From: a virus
Lineage: Duplodnaviria; Caudoviricetes
Virus record (IMG/VR): IMGVR_UViG_3300032239_001501
Location: 32,001 to 96,000 of that record
Length of the DNA stretch: 64,000 bases
Direction: 5' to 3' (one strand)
Shown: in pieces, positions 56,007 through 64,000 of the stretch
How positions within the stretch are numbered: position 1 is the first letter of the stretch
Layout: the number at the start of each line of letters is the position of its first letter
The notes under the pieces: generated by a model
The model's input: only the letters and a program-made list of their open reading frames with translations
What the model was told of the DNA's origin: nothing
Database searches by the model: none
Program-made: the position numbers and the translations under genes

Positions 56007-56280
56007 CGTACTTGGAGAAAATTATTATGTTGACTTAGATGAAATTGAATCTTACATTGATATGACCGATGAACTACCTGTTGAACAAACAAGTGGGACT
56101 ACTGAAATGAGAATTAATATTATTAAATTTGAAATGGTTAAAATGTTAATGGAAGTAATCTTAAGTGAAAATGAAGAAATGGATGAAAAATTAGGAATAA
56201 AATCAGGTTCTAAAACAAGTATACCATTTAGAATAGCATTCAATAGTTTATTAAATAAAAAACTTATCAATCATTATTAA
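55999..56280 (+). CDS. Hypothetical protein
   Basis: Intact coupled ORF; PFRIAFNSLL. Confidence 0.6.
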   Translation: MINVLGENYYVDLDEIESYIDMTDELPVEQTSGTTEMRINIIKFEMVKMLMEVILSENEEMDEKLGIKSGSKTSIPFRIAFNSLLNKKLINHY

Positions 56281-56281
56281 T

Positions 56282-57337
56282 ATGGGAAATTTAGCAGCAG
56301 AAAAAGTTAAAGAGTCAATTAAGACACTAAGGGATAAAAAATCAAGAATTTATTTATTCGCACAAGACACTAAAGGAAACGCAAAGGCATCTATAAAATA
56401 CATTTATGACATTGCACTAACTTTAAAAAGAAATGGGTTTAATCCAATAATTTTACACGAAAAAAATGATTACACTAGTGTAGAATCTTGGATGAGTAAA
56501 GAGTATATGGAAGAATTACCTCACAAATCAATTGAAGGACAAGATTTAGAAATCAGTCCTGAAGATTTTTTTATTTTACCTGAAATATTTGGATATATTA
56601 TGGAACAAATAAAACAATTACCATGTGCTAAAATTGTGTTAACACAATCTTACGCTTATATGTTAGAAACATTACAACCTGGTCAAACATGGGCACAATA
56701 TGGATTTTTTAAATGTATTACTACATCTAACAAACAAAAAGAGTATATTGAAAGAGTGATGAGACAATCTTCTTTTGATGTATTACCTCCATATATATCT
56801 GAAAATTATGTCCCAAGAAGTTTACCTGCAATGCCAATTGTTGCAATTCACACAAGAGAACAAAGTGACGCAATTAATTTAATTAAATCATTTTATCTTA
56901 AATTCCCTCAATATAGATGGTTTACATTTAGAGATATGAGAGGATTATCTGAAAAAGAATTTTCAAAAGCATTAAAAGAATGTTTTTTAAGTGTTTGGAT
57001 TGACGATAAAAGTGGATTTGGAACTTTTCCATTAGAATCAATGTCATGTAATGTACCGTGTTTAGGTAAAATACCTGATTTGTCACCAGAATGGATGAAT
57101 GAAGATAATGGTATTTGGGTAACTGATTTAACTATGATGGCAGACTATATTGCTGATTTCATACAAAATTGGTTGGAAGATAATATTAAACCAGATCTTT
57201 TTGAAAATATGAAGACTACCGCTAAACAATTTGGCAATAAACAAGAATTTGAATCAAAAGTAATCTCTTTATTTGAAGGATATTTAAATACTAGAGCCGA
57301 TTCATTTGAACAACAAATATCAAAAACAGAAGAATAA
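56282..57337 (+). CDS. GT-B (GT4-like) glycosyltransferase
   Basis: ILPE, GFGTFPLESMSCNVP acceptor/donor-site pattern. Confidence 0.7.
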   Translation: MGNLAAEKVKESIKTLRDKKSRIYLFAQDTKGNAKASIKYIYDIALTLKRNGFNPIILHEKNDYTSVESWMSKEYMEELPHKSIEGQDLEISPEDFFILPEIFGYIMEQIKQLPCAKIVLTQSYAYMLETLQPGQTWAQYGFFKCITTSNKQKEYIERVMRQSSFDVLPPYISENYVPRSLPAMPIVAIHTREQSDAINLIKSFYLKFPQYRWFTFRDMRGLSEKEFSKALKECFLSVWIDDKSGFGTFPLESMSCNVPCLGKIPDLSPEWMNEDNGIWVTDLTMMADYIADFIQNWLEDNIKPDLFENMKTTAKQFGNKQEFESKVISLFEGYLNTRADSFEQQISKTEE

Positions 57338-57338
57338 T

Positions 57339-58145
57339 ATGAATAACAAATTATCAGTATCGGTTATTTTACCTTTAAAATCATCTAAAGCAAAAAATTT
57401 TGATGAGTATTTTGAAAAGGCAATTACGTCATTAAAAAATCAACAAATTCAAATTGAAGAACTTGTTATAGTTCATTCTCAAGAAGAAAGTTTGGTAACA
57501 TTATTATCGTCATATGACTTTGGTAATTTAAATGTTACTAAATTAATTTGGGATAAAGAACCAAATTATTCTGAACAGATTAATTACGGTATAAAAGAAT
57601 CTAAAGGAACTTGGATTTCTATTTTTGAATTTGATGATGAATACGCATCAATATGGTTTAAAAATGTTTTAACATATACCCAAGCATATCCTGATGTTCA
57701 AGTATTTCTACCAGTTGTTGTAGATACAGATGAAAAAGGAATTTTCGTAGGATTTACAAATGAAGCAACATTTGCAGCAAACTTCTCACAAGAAATGGGT
57801 TATTTAACTAATGAAACATTACAAAATTATCAAAATTTTCAAACATCAGGTTCTGTAATTAAAAAATCGGTTATTGAAGATTTTGGAGGATTTAAAGGTT
57901 CAATTAAACTTACATTTGTATATGAATTTTTATTAAGATTAACTTATAATTCAGTATCAATTATGACAATTCCAAGATTGGCATACAAACATACTAACTT
58001 AAGAGAAGGGTCAATATTTTGGAATTATAAAAATAGTGAACCAAAAATGTTAGAAGATGAAGTTAAATTTTGGGTAGCGACTGCAAAAAAAGAATATTTT
58101 TTTACTGACGATAGAGTCATAAAATACCAATCAGAAAATGTATAA
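57339..58145 (+). CDS. GT2-like glycosyltransferase; start revised to 57339
   Basis: VSVILP, AITSLKNQ, INYGI, FEFDD, YEFLLR; ATG 1 nt after the upstream TAA. Confidence 0.75.
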   Translation: MNNKLSVSVILPLKSSKAKNFDEYFEKAITSLKNQQIQIEELVIVHSQEESLVTLLSSYDFGNLNVTKLIWDKEPNYSEQINYGIKESKGTWISIFEFDDEYASIWFKNVLTYTQAYPDVQVFLPVVVDTDEKGIFVGFTNEATFAANFSQEMGYLTNETLQNYQNFQTSGSVIKKSVIEDFGGFKGSIKLTFVYEFLLRLTYNSVSIMTIPRLAYKHTNLREGSIFWNYKNSEPKMLEDEVKFWVATAKKEYFFTDDRVIKYQSENV

Positions 58146-58912
58146 TGATAGAAACACTATCTGCAGTCACAGAAGTACTGTCTGCTGCGACAGAAGATGT
58201 TTCTTCAAAAAAAAGAGGAAGAAAGGCTGTTAAAGAAAATTATTTTGATGTTAGAGAAGAAAATGCTGTAAGAAAATTTTTATTAGCAGAATCTTCCTAC
58301 GACAAGAATAAAATTTATAATGAGTTTTTAAAAGATCCTCTTGATAAGATGATTTCATCAATTATTAGACGGTATAAATTATATCGTAAAGATATGGATT
58401 TTAATGAAATTCATACTGATACTCATTCATTTTTAATGACTAAGGTTGATAAATTTAAACCGGATAAAAATAAAAAAGCGTACTCTTATTTTGGAACTAT
58501 TTGTAAAAATTATTTAATGGGTCAAATTATTAAAGACCAAAAAGAAACAAATAGAAAAATATCATATGAAGATATATCATCAAGTTTAGAACAAAGACCT
58601 GATATGAGTTATAGAATTGATGAAGATGTTATTGAAAGTGATGCAGTAATTATAAAATATTTACAAGAATTAAAAGATTTTATTGATTTTGAAAATCTTA
58701 ATGAAAATGAAAAAAAATTAGGGTATGCATTAATTGATTTATTTGATAATTATCAGACCATATTTTCAGGTGCTGATAATAACAAGTTTAACAAAAATGT
58801 TATTTTGTTATCTCTTAGAGAAATGACTAATTTAAGTACTAAAGAAATTAGAAGTTCAATTAAAAGATTTAAAAAATTATATATTATAATTCAAACTAGG
58901 ATGAAAAATTAA
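58145..58912 (+). CDS. Phage RNA polymerase sigma factor, T4 gp55-like (putative late sigma)
   Basis: NYF...KMISSIIRRY...KFKPDKNKKAYSYFGTICKNYL resembles sigma region 2 of gp55-like proteins; C-terminal HTH-like LREMTNLSTKEIRSSI. Confidence 0.65.
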   Translation: MIETLSAVTEVLSAATEDVSSKKRGRKAVKENYFDVREENAVRKFLLAESSYDKNKIYNEFLKDPLDKMISSIIRRYKLYRKDMDFNEIHTDTHSFLMTKVDKFKPDKNKKAYSYFGTICKNYLMGQIIKDQKETNRKISYEDISSSLEQRPDMSYRIDEDVIESDAVIIKYLQELKDFIDFENLNENEKKLGYALIDLFDNYQTIFSGADNNKFNKNVILLSLREMTNLSTKEIRSSIKRFKKLYIIIQTRMKN

Positions 58913-58920
58913 TAAAAAAG

Positions 58921-58927
58921 TATTTAT
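58921..58927 (+). promoter_or_regulatory. TATTTAT putative late promoter, 4 nt before the ATG (representative of about 15 sites)
   Basis: Same motif in gene-sense at 11913, 13813, 15333, 19509, 22359, 24172, 25746, 30067, 30484, 36297, 37678, 40991, 41011 and 63172. Confidence 0.65.
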
Positions 58928-58931
58928 CAAT

Positions 58932-59297
58932 ATGCCTAGACCACAAAGAAAAGAAATTAATTTTAGTAAAGAGTCCATATTATCACTCATGCAAGAAATC
59001 TATAATGAGTTAGTGGAACAAAGAAATACCGCAATAAGGATTCAAAATAAAATGTTATCTATGTTGAAAGACCCTGAAGACATGACAACAATTGGTCCTG
59101 TAATTGAAAAACAACAAAAAATTGTTAACGATTGTGTTGAAAAAAAATTAAGTCTTTCTAAGCTACAATCTGGAATTTGGGAAAAATCCAACACCAATAC
59201 TGAATCATTTTCACTTGCAGATTTAGATGATGATTTAATTCAAAATCTTATTGATAAAGATGTCTCTAAAGAAGAAGAGAATTATAAATTAAAGTAA
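58932..59297 (+). CDS. Hypothetical coiled-coil protein
   Basis: Intact helical ORF heading a TATTTAT-led operon. Confidence 0.6.
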   Translation: MPRPQRKEINFSKESILSLMQEIYNELVEQRNTAIRIQNKMLSMLKDPEDMTTIGPVIEKQQKIVNDCVEKKLSLSKLQSGIWEKSNTNTESFSLADLDDDLIQNLIDKDVSKEEENYKLK

Positions 59298-59298
59298 A

Positions 59299-61389
59299 AT
59301 GGCATCACCAGATATTTCTCAAGGATTCAAGGATGTCGCTAATCAATTGGATGCTATTAAAGATTATAATACATCCTCTCAAGCAGAAAAACTTATATTA
59401 AATAAAGCTGCGGATTCTTCATCCCAAGCTGCATCTAAAATTTCAAAAGGATTAAATAATATTGCAGATAAACAAAAAAGATTTGAAAGAGATGTTCCAA
59501 CATCTATGGATGAACTTTTAAATTTATTTGGTAAAACTAATGGTCAAGGTCCAGAGTCTTTTAGATATTTAAGAAAAAAATTTTTGGAAGCTTCGGTTAA
59601 AATTGAACCTGAAATAAAAAATATTATTTCAAAAAACACATTAAAAGCATTAGGTTGTTCTCAACAACAAACTTTTAAAGGATTTAGTAAATTGCAGTAT
59701 GACCAAATTGGGTCAATGCAACAACTTCCTGTTCAACAAGGAATTTATATACCAGTTCAAAGTTTAGATCTTTTTGGTAATTTAAAAAATTCTCCTACTT
59801 CTTCCGTTGGAAAAGCCTATTATGAAGCCTCTACTCCATCAACAAGTACAAATTACAAATCTTATGGTGGAGGTATTCCGTTTCCAATGAATAAAGAATT
59901 GTACCAAAGAATGGATTCCACAAATGTTAATAGATCTTTTAAACAAGAATATGGACAAGTTTATAATGGAAGCTCAGGTCAACCATTATTTGATATGGAA
60001 TACACAAAAACAAATGAATTTGGAGTCTCAGGAGATTATTATAGAGTAATATTGCTGGATAGAGAAGATGGGACAAACGCTCCTGTAAATAAAGTTGGAC
60101 CTTTTTTAAACGATTATTTTTCAACAATTAAGTTAGTTGATTCATCCGATATTACATTACAAATTGTTAATTTACTTTCAGGTGCTTTAAGTACACAATC
60201 AAAACTTGGTCCTGCAGATATTGGAAATCAGTCATCTTTTGCTTTAATAGCCCAAAGAATTTTAGGTCTTTGTTTTGATTTTAGAAGACAAATTGATGTG
60301 AGCGGAGTTGCTAAAGTAGCTGAATTAGATGGTGTTGATGATGCCTTTTTTAAACCTACCGAATCTGATTTAAGAAACATAGATATTGTTATTAATAATG
60401 TTCAAAATGGTGTAATGGAATTTGAAGATTGTGACAATGTTAAATTACCTGTAGATTATGAATCATTAACAAAACAATTAGGTAATTTTAATTTAGAACA
60501 ATCAGGATTGACTTCAGAACAAAAAGTAACCGCAATGGAAAATATTATTGATAGTATTTCCCAAAATCCTTCTTGGAAATTGTATGTTCCGGCAAACTTT
60601 AATGTGAATGTCGCAATTAATACTAATGTATTAAAAAAACTTCCATTAGCAGTGGCCGCAGGAGTATTAACACCAAAAACGTTATTACCTATATTCACCA
60701 TGTTATCTGTTTTACAAACAAGTGCAAAAAATAGTCTTAATCAAGCAATAACATCTGCCAATACAAATATTGCATCAGGTAATACACTTGGTAATCAAAC
60801 AAATAATGTTATTAATAATGGAGTTGATTTTTTAAGTAAATTTAGAACATTTAATATTAATGTTATATCGGAAATAGGTGCGATTTATTTAAAAACTCTT
60901 TTTGAGATTTTAAAAAAAGATATAATTAATTTATTATCAATAATCATTGGTGATATTCTTAAAAACAAGATATCAACAAGATATGCGATAATTCAAAGGT
61001 TAGTTCAATTAGCGATAACAATTGTACAATTAATTAAAGATTTTAGGGAATGTAAATCTTTATTAAATGATATTCAAGCTCTTTTAACTTTAATTAATGG
61101 ATTACCAATTAAGAGACCAAAAATTCCAATGTTTTTAATGCCATTTACTGATTTTTTACCAGGTACTGATCCGTCTAGATCAAGTGTAAATACAATTCAA
61201 TTTTTACAAAAATTAGGTGTTCCAACAGGAACGCTACCGGATGGTTCTCCAAATTTAATGAATTTTTATATGAAGGCGATTCATAAAGGTGCTCATAAAG
61301 AACAAACTGAAAATGGGGCTTCTGATACAACATTAATTCCTAGTCCGATACCACCATATATACCCAAATTATATACTAAAAGTTATTAA
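59299..61389 (+). CDS. Hypothetical large protein, probably virion/baseplate
   Basis: 696-aa ORF in the operon with the spike gene; GVPTGTLPDGSPN. Confidence 0.55.
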   Translation: MASPDISQGFKDVANQLDAIKDYNTSSQAEKLILNKAADSSSQAASKISKGLNNIADKQKRFERDVPTSMDELLNLFGKTNGQGPESFRYLRKKFLEASVKIEPEIKNIISKNTLKALGCSQQQTFKGFSKLQYDQIGSMQQLPVQQGIYIPVQSLDLFGNLKNSPTSSVGKAYYEASTPSTSTNYKSYGGGIPFPMNKELYQRMDSTNVNRSFKQEYGQVYNGSSGQPLFDMEYTKTNEFGVSGDYYRVILLDREDGTNAPVNKVGPFLNDYFSTIKLVDSSDITLQIVNLLSGALSTQSKLGPADIGNQSSFALIAQRILGLCFDFRRQIDVSGVAKVAELDGVDDAFFKPTESDLRNIDIVINNVQNGVMEFEDCDNVKLPVDYESLTKQLGNFNLEQSGLTSEQKVTAMENIIDSISQNPSWKLYVPANFNVNVAINTNVLKKLPLAVAAGVLTPKTLLPIFTMLSVLQTSAKNSLNQAITSANTNIASGNTLGNQTNNVINNGVDFLSKFRTFNINVISEIGAIYLKTLFEILKKDIINLLSIIIGDILKNKISTRYAIIQRLVQLAITIVQLIKDFRECKSLLNDIQALLTLINGLPIKRPKIPMFLMPFTDFLPGTDPSRSSVNTIQFLQKLGVPTGTLPDGSPNLMNFYMKAIHKGAHKEQTENGASDTTLIPSPIPPYIPKLYTKSY

Positions 61390-61399
61390 AATATGTGAT

Positions 61400-61603
61400 A
61401 TGACTAAGGAAGAATTTAATAAAATAATTGAAGAACAAAAAAATTTAAAAAACTTACCTAATAATAATTTAATTATAATGATGGATTTATTATCATTAGA
61501 ATTTGAGGAAGTTAAAAAAAATATTATTTCAATGACATATCATTTAGATAAAATAGAAGAATTATATGATAATTCGTTAAAAGAATACCAAAGAAGAACT
61601 TAA
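61400..61603 (+). CDS. Hypothetical small helical protein
   Basis: 67 aa; TAATG coupling to the next gene. Confidence 0.55.
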   Translation: MTKEEFNKIIEEQKNLKNLPNNNLIIMMDLLSLEFEEVKKNIISMTYHLDKIEELYDNSLKEYQRRT

Positions 61604-63171
61604 TGAGCAGACCAATATTTTTTCAATGTTTAGTTTTAGATAATAATGATCCTCTTATGCTAGGAAGAATTAGAGGAACTTTAATAACGGATAACTATAC
61701 TGATATCATAAGAAGTTTTGATGATCCACCTTGGAATGAGACAAAAGATGCGTGGACAGAAAGAGACCCTTTTATTTTTAACCCATTATTACCATATTTT
61801 ATTTATCAAGTTCCAAAAGTAAAAGAACTAGTACAGATAATGTATTTAAATAGAGATTTTAAATATCAAAATCAATATTATGTACAAAACAGTTTTTATT
61901 CTCCAACATCATCTTATTTCACTTATCAAGAAGGGGCTAATAAATTTACTGGTACGGGTATGCAAATTGAAAACCCAAAACCATTAAAAAACACATTAGG
62001 GTCTACAGTAGTAGGAGGTGCAACAACAGCAAGTAATTCAGGTGGTATATATACTGAAAAAGGACTACATCAAGGAGTTTTTCCTGAGCCAGGAGATAAC
62101 GCAATTTTAGGAAGAGGAAGTGCAGATTTAATTGTAAAAGAAAATGAAGTATTATTAAGAGCAGGTAAATTTGAAGGAGAACAATTACAACCAAATGTAA
62201 TTCCTGTTGCAAATACAAAAAGAGGATTTTTACAACTTTCAAGATTTCCAAGTGTTAAAATTCCATTAGAACCAAAAACTTATTTAGAGATTGAAGAAAA
62301 AGTTTTAATTGTAAGATATCTTGTAGAATGGTCAATAGATAATCCAGAAAATACTTATGACTTATTTACAGGCGCAGTTTATTTATATCAACTTAAACCT
62401 GATTTATCAACAAATACACAAAATGTTACAGTTAATTCGGTTATCAACGAGAATTTAAAAACTTTAGTTACTTTTCAAGAATTTATTGGTTTAAATAGAA
62501 CAGACACAATTAATTATATTAATAATTTTATTAGATCATGCAATAGTGATTTTATTACAAAACAAGGTAATCAATTATTTCCATCAACTTTAACTGATAG
62601 ATATCCAATTTATTATAGACCCAATAATAGAACTTATTCATATATATCACCATCAAATCCTACAACACAAAATATTGAATTTAATAATGTTTCAAACATA
62701 TTTTCTCAAATAAGATTATTTGCACCATTAAAACAATCAGGATATGGATTAATTTATAAAAAAGATACTGTTGGCACCCCAATGGATACGAAAACAATTA
62801 TTGTCCCGCAATCAAAATATTACGGAACTCCACAAACATATTCGGCTCTTGGTGGAGATAAATTATTTTTATTATCTCATCAAAGTGCAATACCAGGAAA
62901 GAAAAAAATTAATTTTGACGATACTTTATATGGGATATCTAATGATAAATTTTCTGATGATATAATGCCTAATACGTCAAGTACTGTTAGAGGAGAAGAG
63001 TTATTGGAATTGTTAAATTTAATCACAAGATTTTTATTAACACATACACACGCATTTCCTGGATTACCTCCAGTTCCTATAACTCAAGATGGAACATCCT
63101 CAACTCAAATACTTACAGAGCTACAAAACGCGGTTACAAAAATTTTAAATGAGAATATTCGTATTAATTGA
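61603..63171 (+). CDS. Baseplate central spike protein (gp5/gpV-like)
   Basis: N-terminal OB-fold VLDNNDPLMLGRIR...PKVKELV; GDNAILGRG; C-terminal VRGEEL...THTHAFPGLPP (HxH apex motif). Confidence 0.75.
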   Translation: MSRPIFFQCLVLDNNDPLMLGRIRGTLITDNYTDIIRSFDDPPWNETKDAWTERDPFIFNPLLPYFIYQVPKVKELVQIMYLNRDFKYQNQYYVQNSFYSPTSSYFTYQEGANKFTGTGMQIENPKPLKNTLGSTVVGGATTASNSGGIYTEKGLHQGVFPEPGDNAILGRGSADLIVKENEVLLRAGKFEGEQLQPNVIPVANTKRGFLQLSRFPSVKIPLEPKTYLEIEEKVLIVRYLVEWSIDNPENTYDLFTGAVYLYQLKPDLSTNTQNVTVNSVINENLKTLVTFQEFIGLNRTDTINYINNFIRSCNSDFITKQGNQLFPSTLTDRYPIYYRPNNRTYSYISPSNPTTQNIEFNNVSNIFSQIRLFAPLKQSGYGLIYKKDTVGTPMDTKTIIVPQSKYYGTPQTYSALGGDKLFLLSHQSAIPGKKKINFDDTLYGISNDKFSDDIMPNTSSTVRGEELLELLNLITRFLLTHTHAFPGLPPVPITQDGTSSTQILTELQNAVTKILNENIRIN

Positions 63172-63191
63172 TATTTATTGAAAAAGATTAA

Positions 63192-64000
63192 ATGTCAATT
63201 TTAAGGTCATACATAGATAAAAATAATACCATCACATCAAATTCATATGTTAACACAGCAAGGAACCCTATTGTTGAGTTAAATTTTGGAGCATCGGATT
63301 ATATTGTCCCAAACTATGGGTATACAAGATACATCTTTAATTTAGATTTGGAATTGTTAAGAGAAGATATTATAACAGGAGTTATATCAACAGGTTGTAC
63401 TTCAGCAATGACTCACACCCTTCAAATGACAAATACATCGTCATTTGATAATGAATTACTTAATACATTCATGTCAAATGAAAGAAGAAGAGCATCATCA
63501 TTTGATTTAATATTATTTAGAATACCAAAAACATCAGGAGATACTGGAAATCCACAATATTGGGATGAAGGTGTTGGATTTGATTATAACGATTTTAATA
63601 TTAACCACAATAGCGCCATAGGAGGATCTACCCCACTTACTTATGTAGATAGTAGATCATTCTCAACAAGACCTTCAAATTGGTACCAAACAACAACAAT
63701 AGATGATTGGTCTCAACCAGGAATTTATAATAATAAAAATCAAGGATTAGTTAATTACGATGATTTAACAATTGTTGCAAGACAACATTTTGAATTAGGT
63801 AATGAAGATATTAATATGGATATGACTTCAGAAATTCAAGGTATCTTAGACGGGTCTATTACAGGAGTTACAGGGTGGGGATTGGCTTATTTACCACAAA
63901 TAGAAAATATCACTGGATTAACCGACAGTTATAGTGTTGCATTCTTTTCCAAATATACCCAAACTTTTTACCAACCATTTTTATTAACAAATTACGATGA
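63192..64000 (+). CDS. Virion structural protein, partial (runs off the window); absent from the ORF track
   Basis: ATG at 63192 behind TATTTAT; MSILRSYIDKNNTITSNSYVNTARNPIVELNFG...YTRYIFNLDL...YWDEGVGFDY, apparently open to the edge. Confidence 0.75.
   Translation, partial: MSILRSYIDKNNTITSNSYVNTARNPIVELNFGASDYIVPNYGYTRYIFNLDLELLREDIITGVISTGCTSAMTHTLQMTNTSSFDNELLNTFMSNERRRASSFDLILFRIPKTSGDTGNPQYWDEGVGFDYNDFNINHNSAIGGSTPLTYVDSRSFSTRPSNWYQTTTIDDWSQPGIYNNKNQGLVNYDDLTIVARQHFELGNEDINMDMTSEIQGILDGSITGVTGWGLAYLPQIENITGLTDSYSVAFFSKYTQTFYQPFLLTNYD

Noticed and set aside
30480-57338. Track start sites at 30533, 35077, 53135 and 57306
   Set aside because: Downstream ATGs (30479, 35038, 53141, 57339) fit domain starts, promoter/terminator positions and gene spacing better.
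1-64000. Stop-codon reassignment
   Set aside because: Code 11 gives full-length genes and near-complete coding density; TAG (25739, 43024, 53172) and TGA (13979, 44907) end genes at sensible positions.
1-64000. tRNA, rRNA, large ncRNA, DGR or retron elements
   Set aside because: Intergenic gaps are at most ~130 bp and AT-rich; no cloverleaf or reverse transcriptase was seen by eye. A tRNAscan/Infernal run would be the formal check.

Overview
An AT-rich (roughly 30% GC by eye), densely coding 64 kb segment of a large contractile-tailed (myovirus-type, probably jumbo) phage genome, read with standard code 11. Promoter shape, the lack of Shine-Dalgarno motifs and gene content suggest a Bacteroidota host (inference). 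From left to right: a minus-strand tail/baseplate module (a >2186-aa hub protein missing from the ORF track, LysM-like wedge protein, 1675-aa tube-initiator-like protein with an OmpA-like insert, tape measure, chaperone with a probable +1 frameshift extension, tube, sheath); neck/terminator genes, HNH, SNF2 helicase, an Fe/Mn SOD fusion and a family B DNA polymerase; four Thr/Pro-rich mucin-like proteins directly upstream of a GT60-GT25-HtrL-HtrL/GT operon; small head-associated/WYL genes; a second sugar-modification cluster (GT4, GT2, GT11, GT10, GT23-like, two FkbM-like methyltransferases, two NDP-sugar epimerases including a GDP-mannose 3,5-epimerase homologue) interleaved with an exonuclease, dUTPase and PhoH; then a gp55-like sigma factor and further virion genes including a gp5-like spike. 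The best candidate for a new system is a phage-encoded mucin-type O-glycosylation pathway in which the enzymes and their likely substrates are adjacent. No tRNA, rRNA, CRISPR array or integrase was seen. All family calls come from motif recognition by eye, not database searches.
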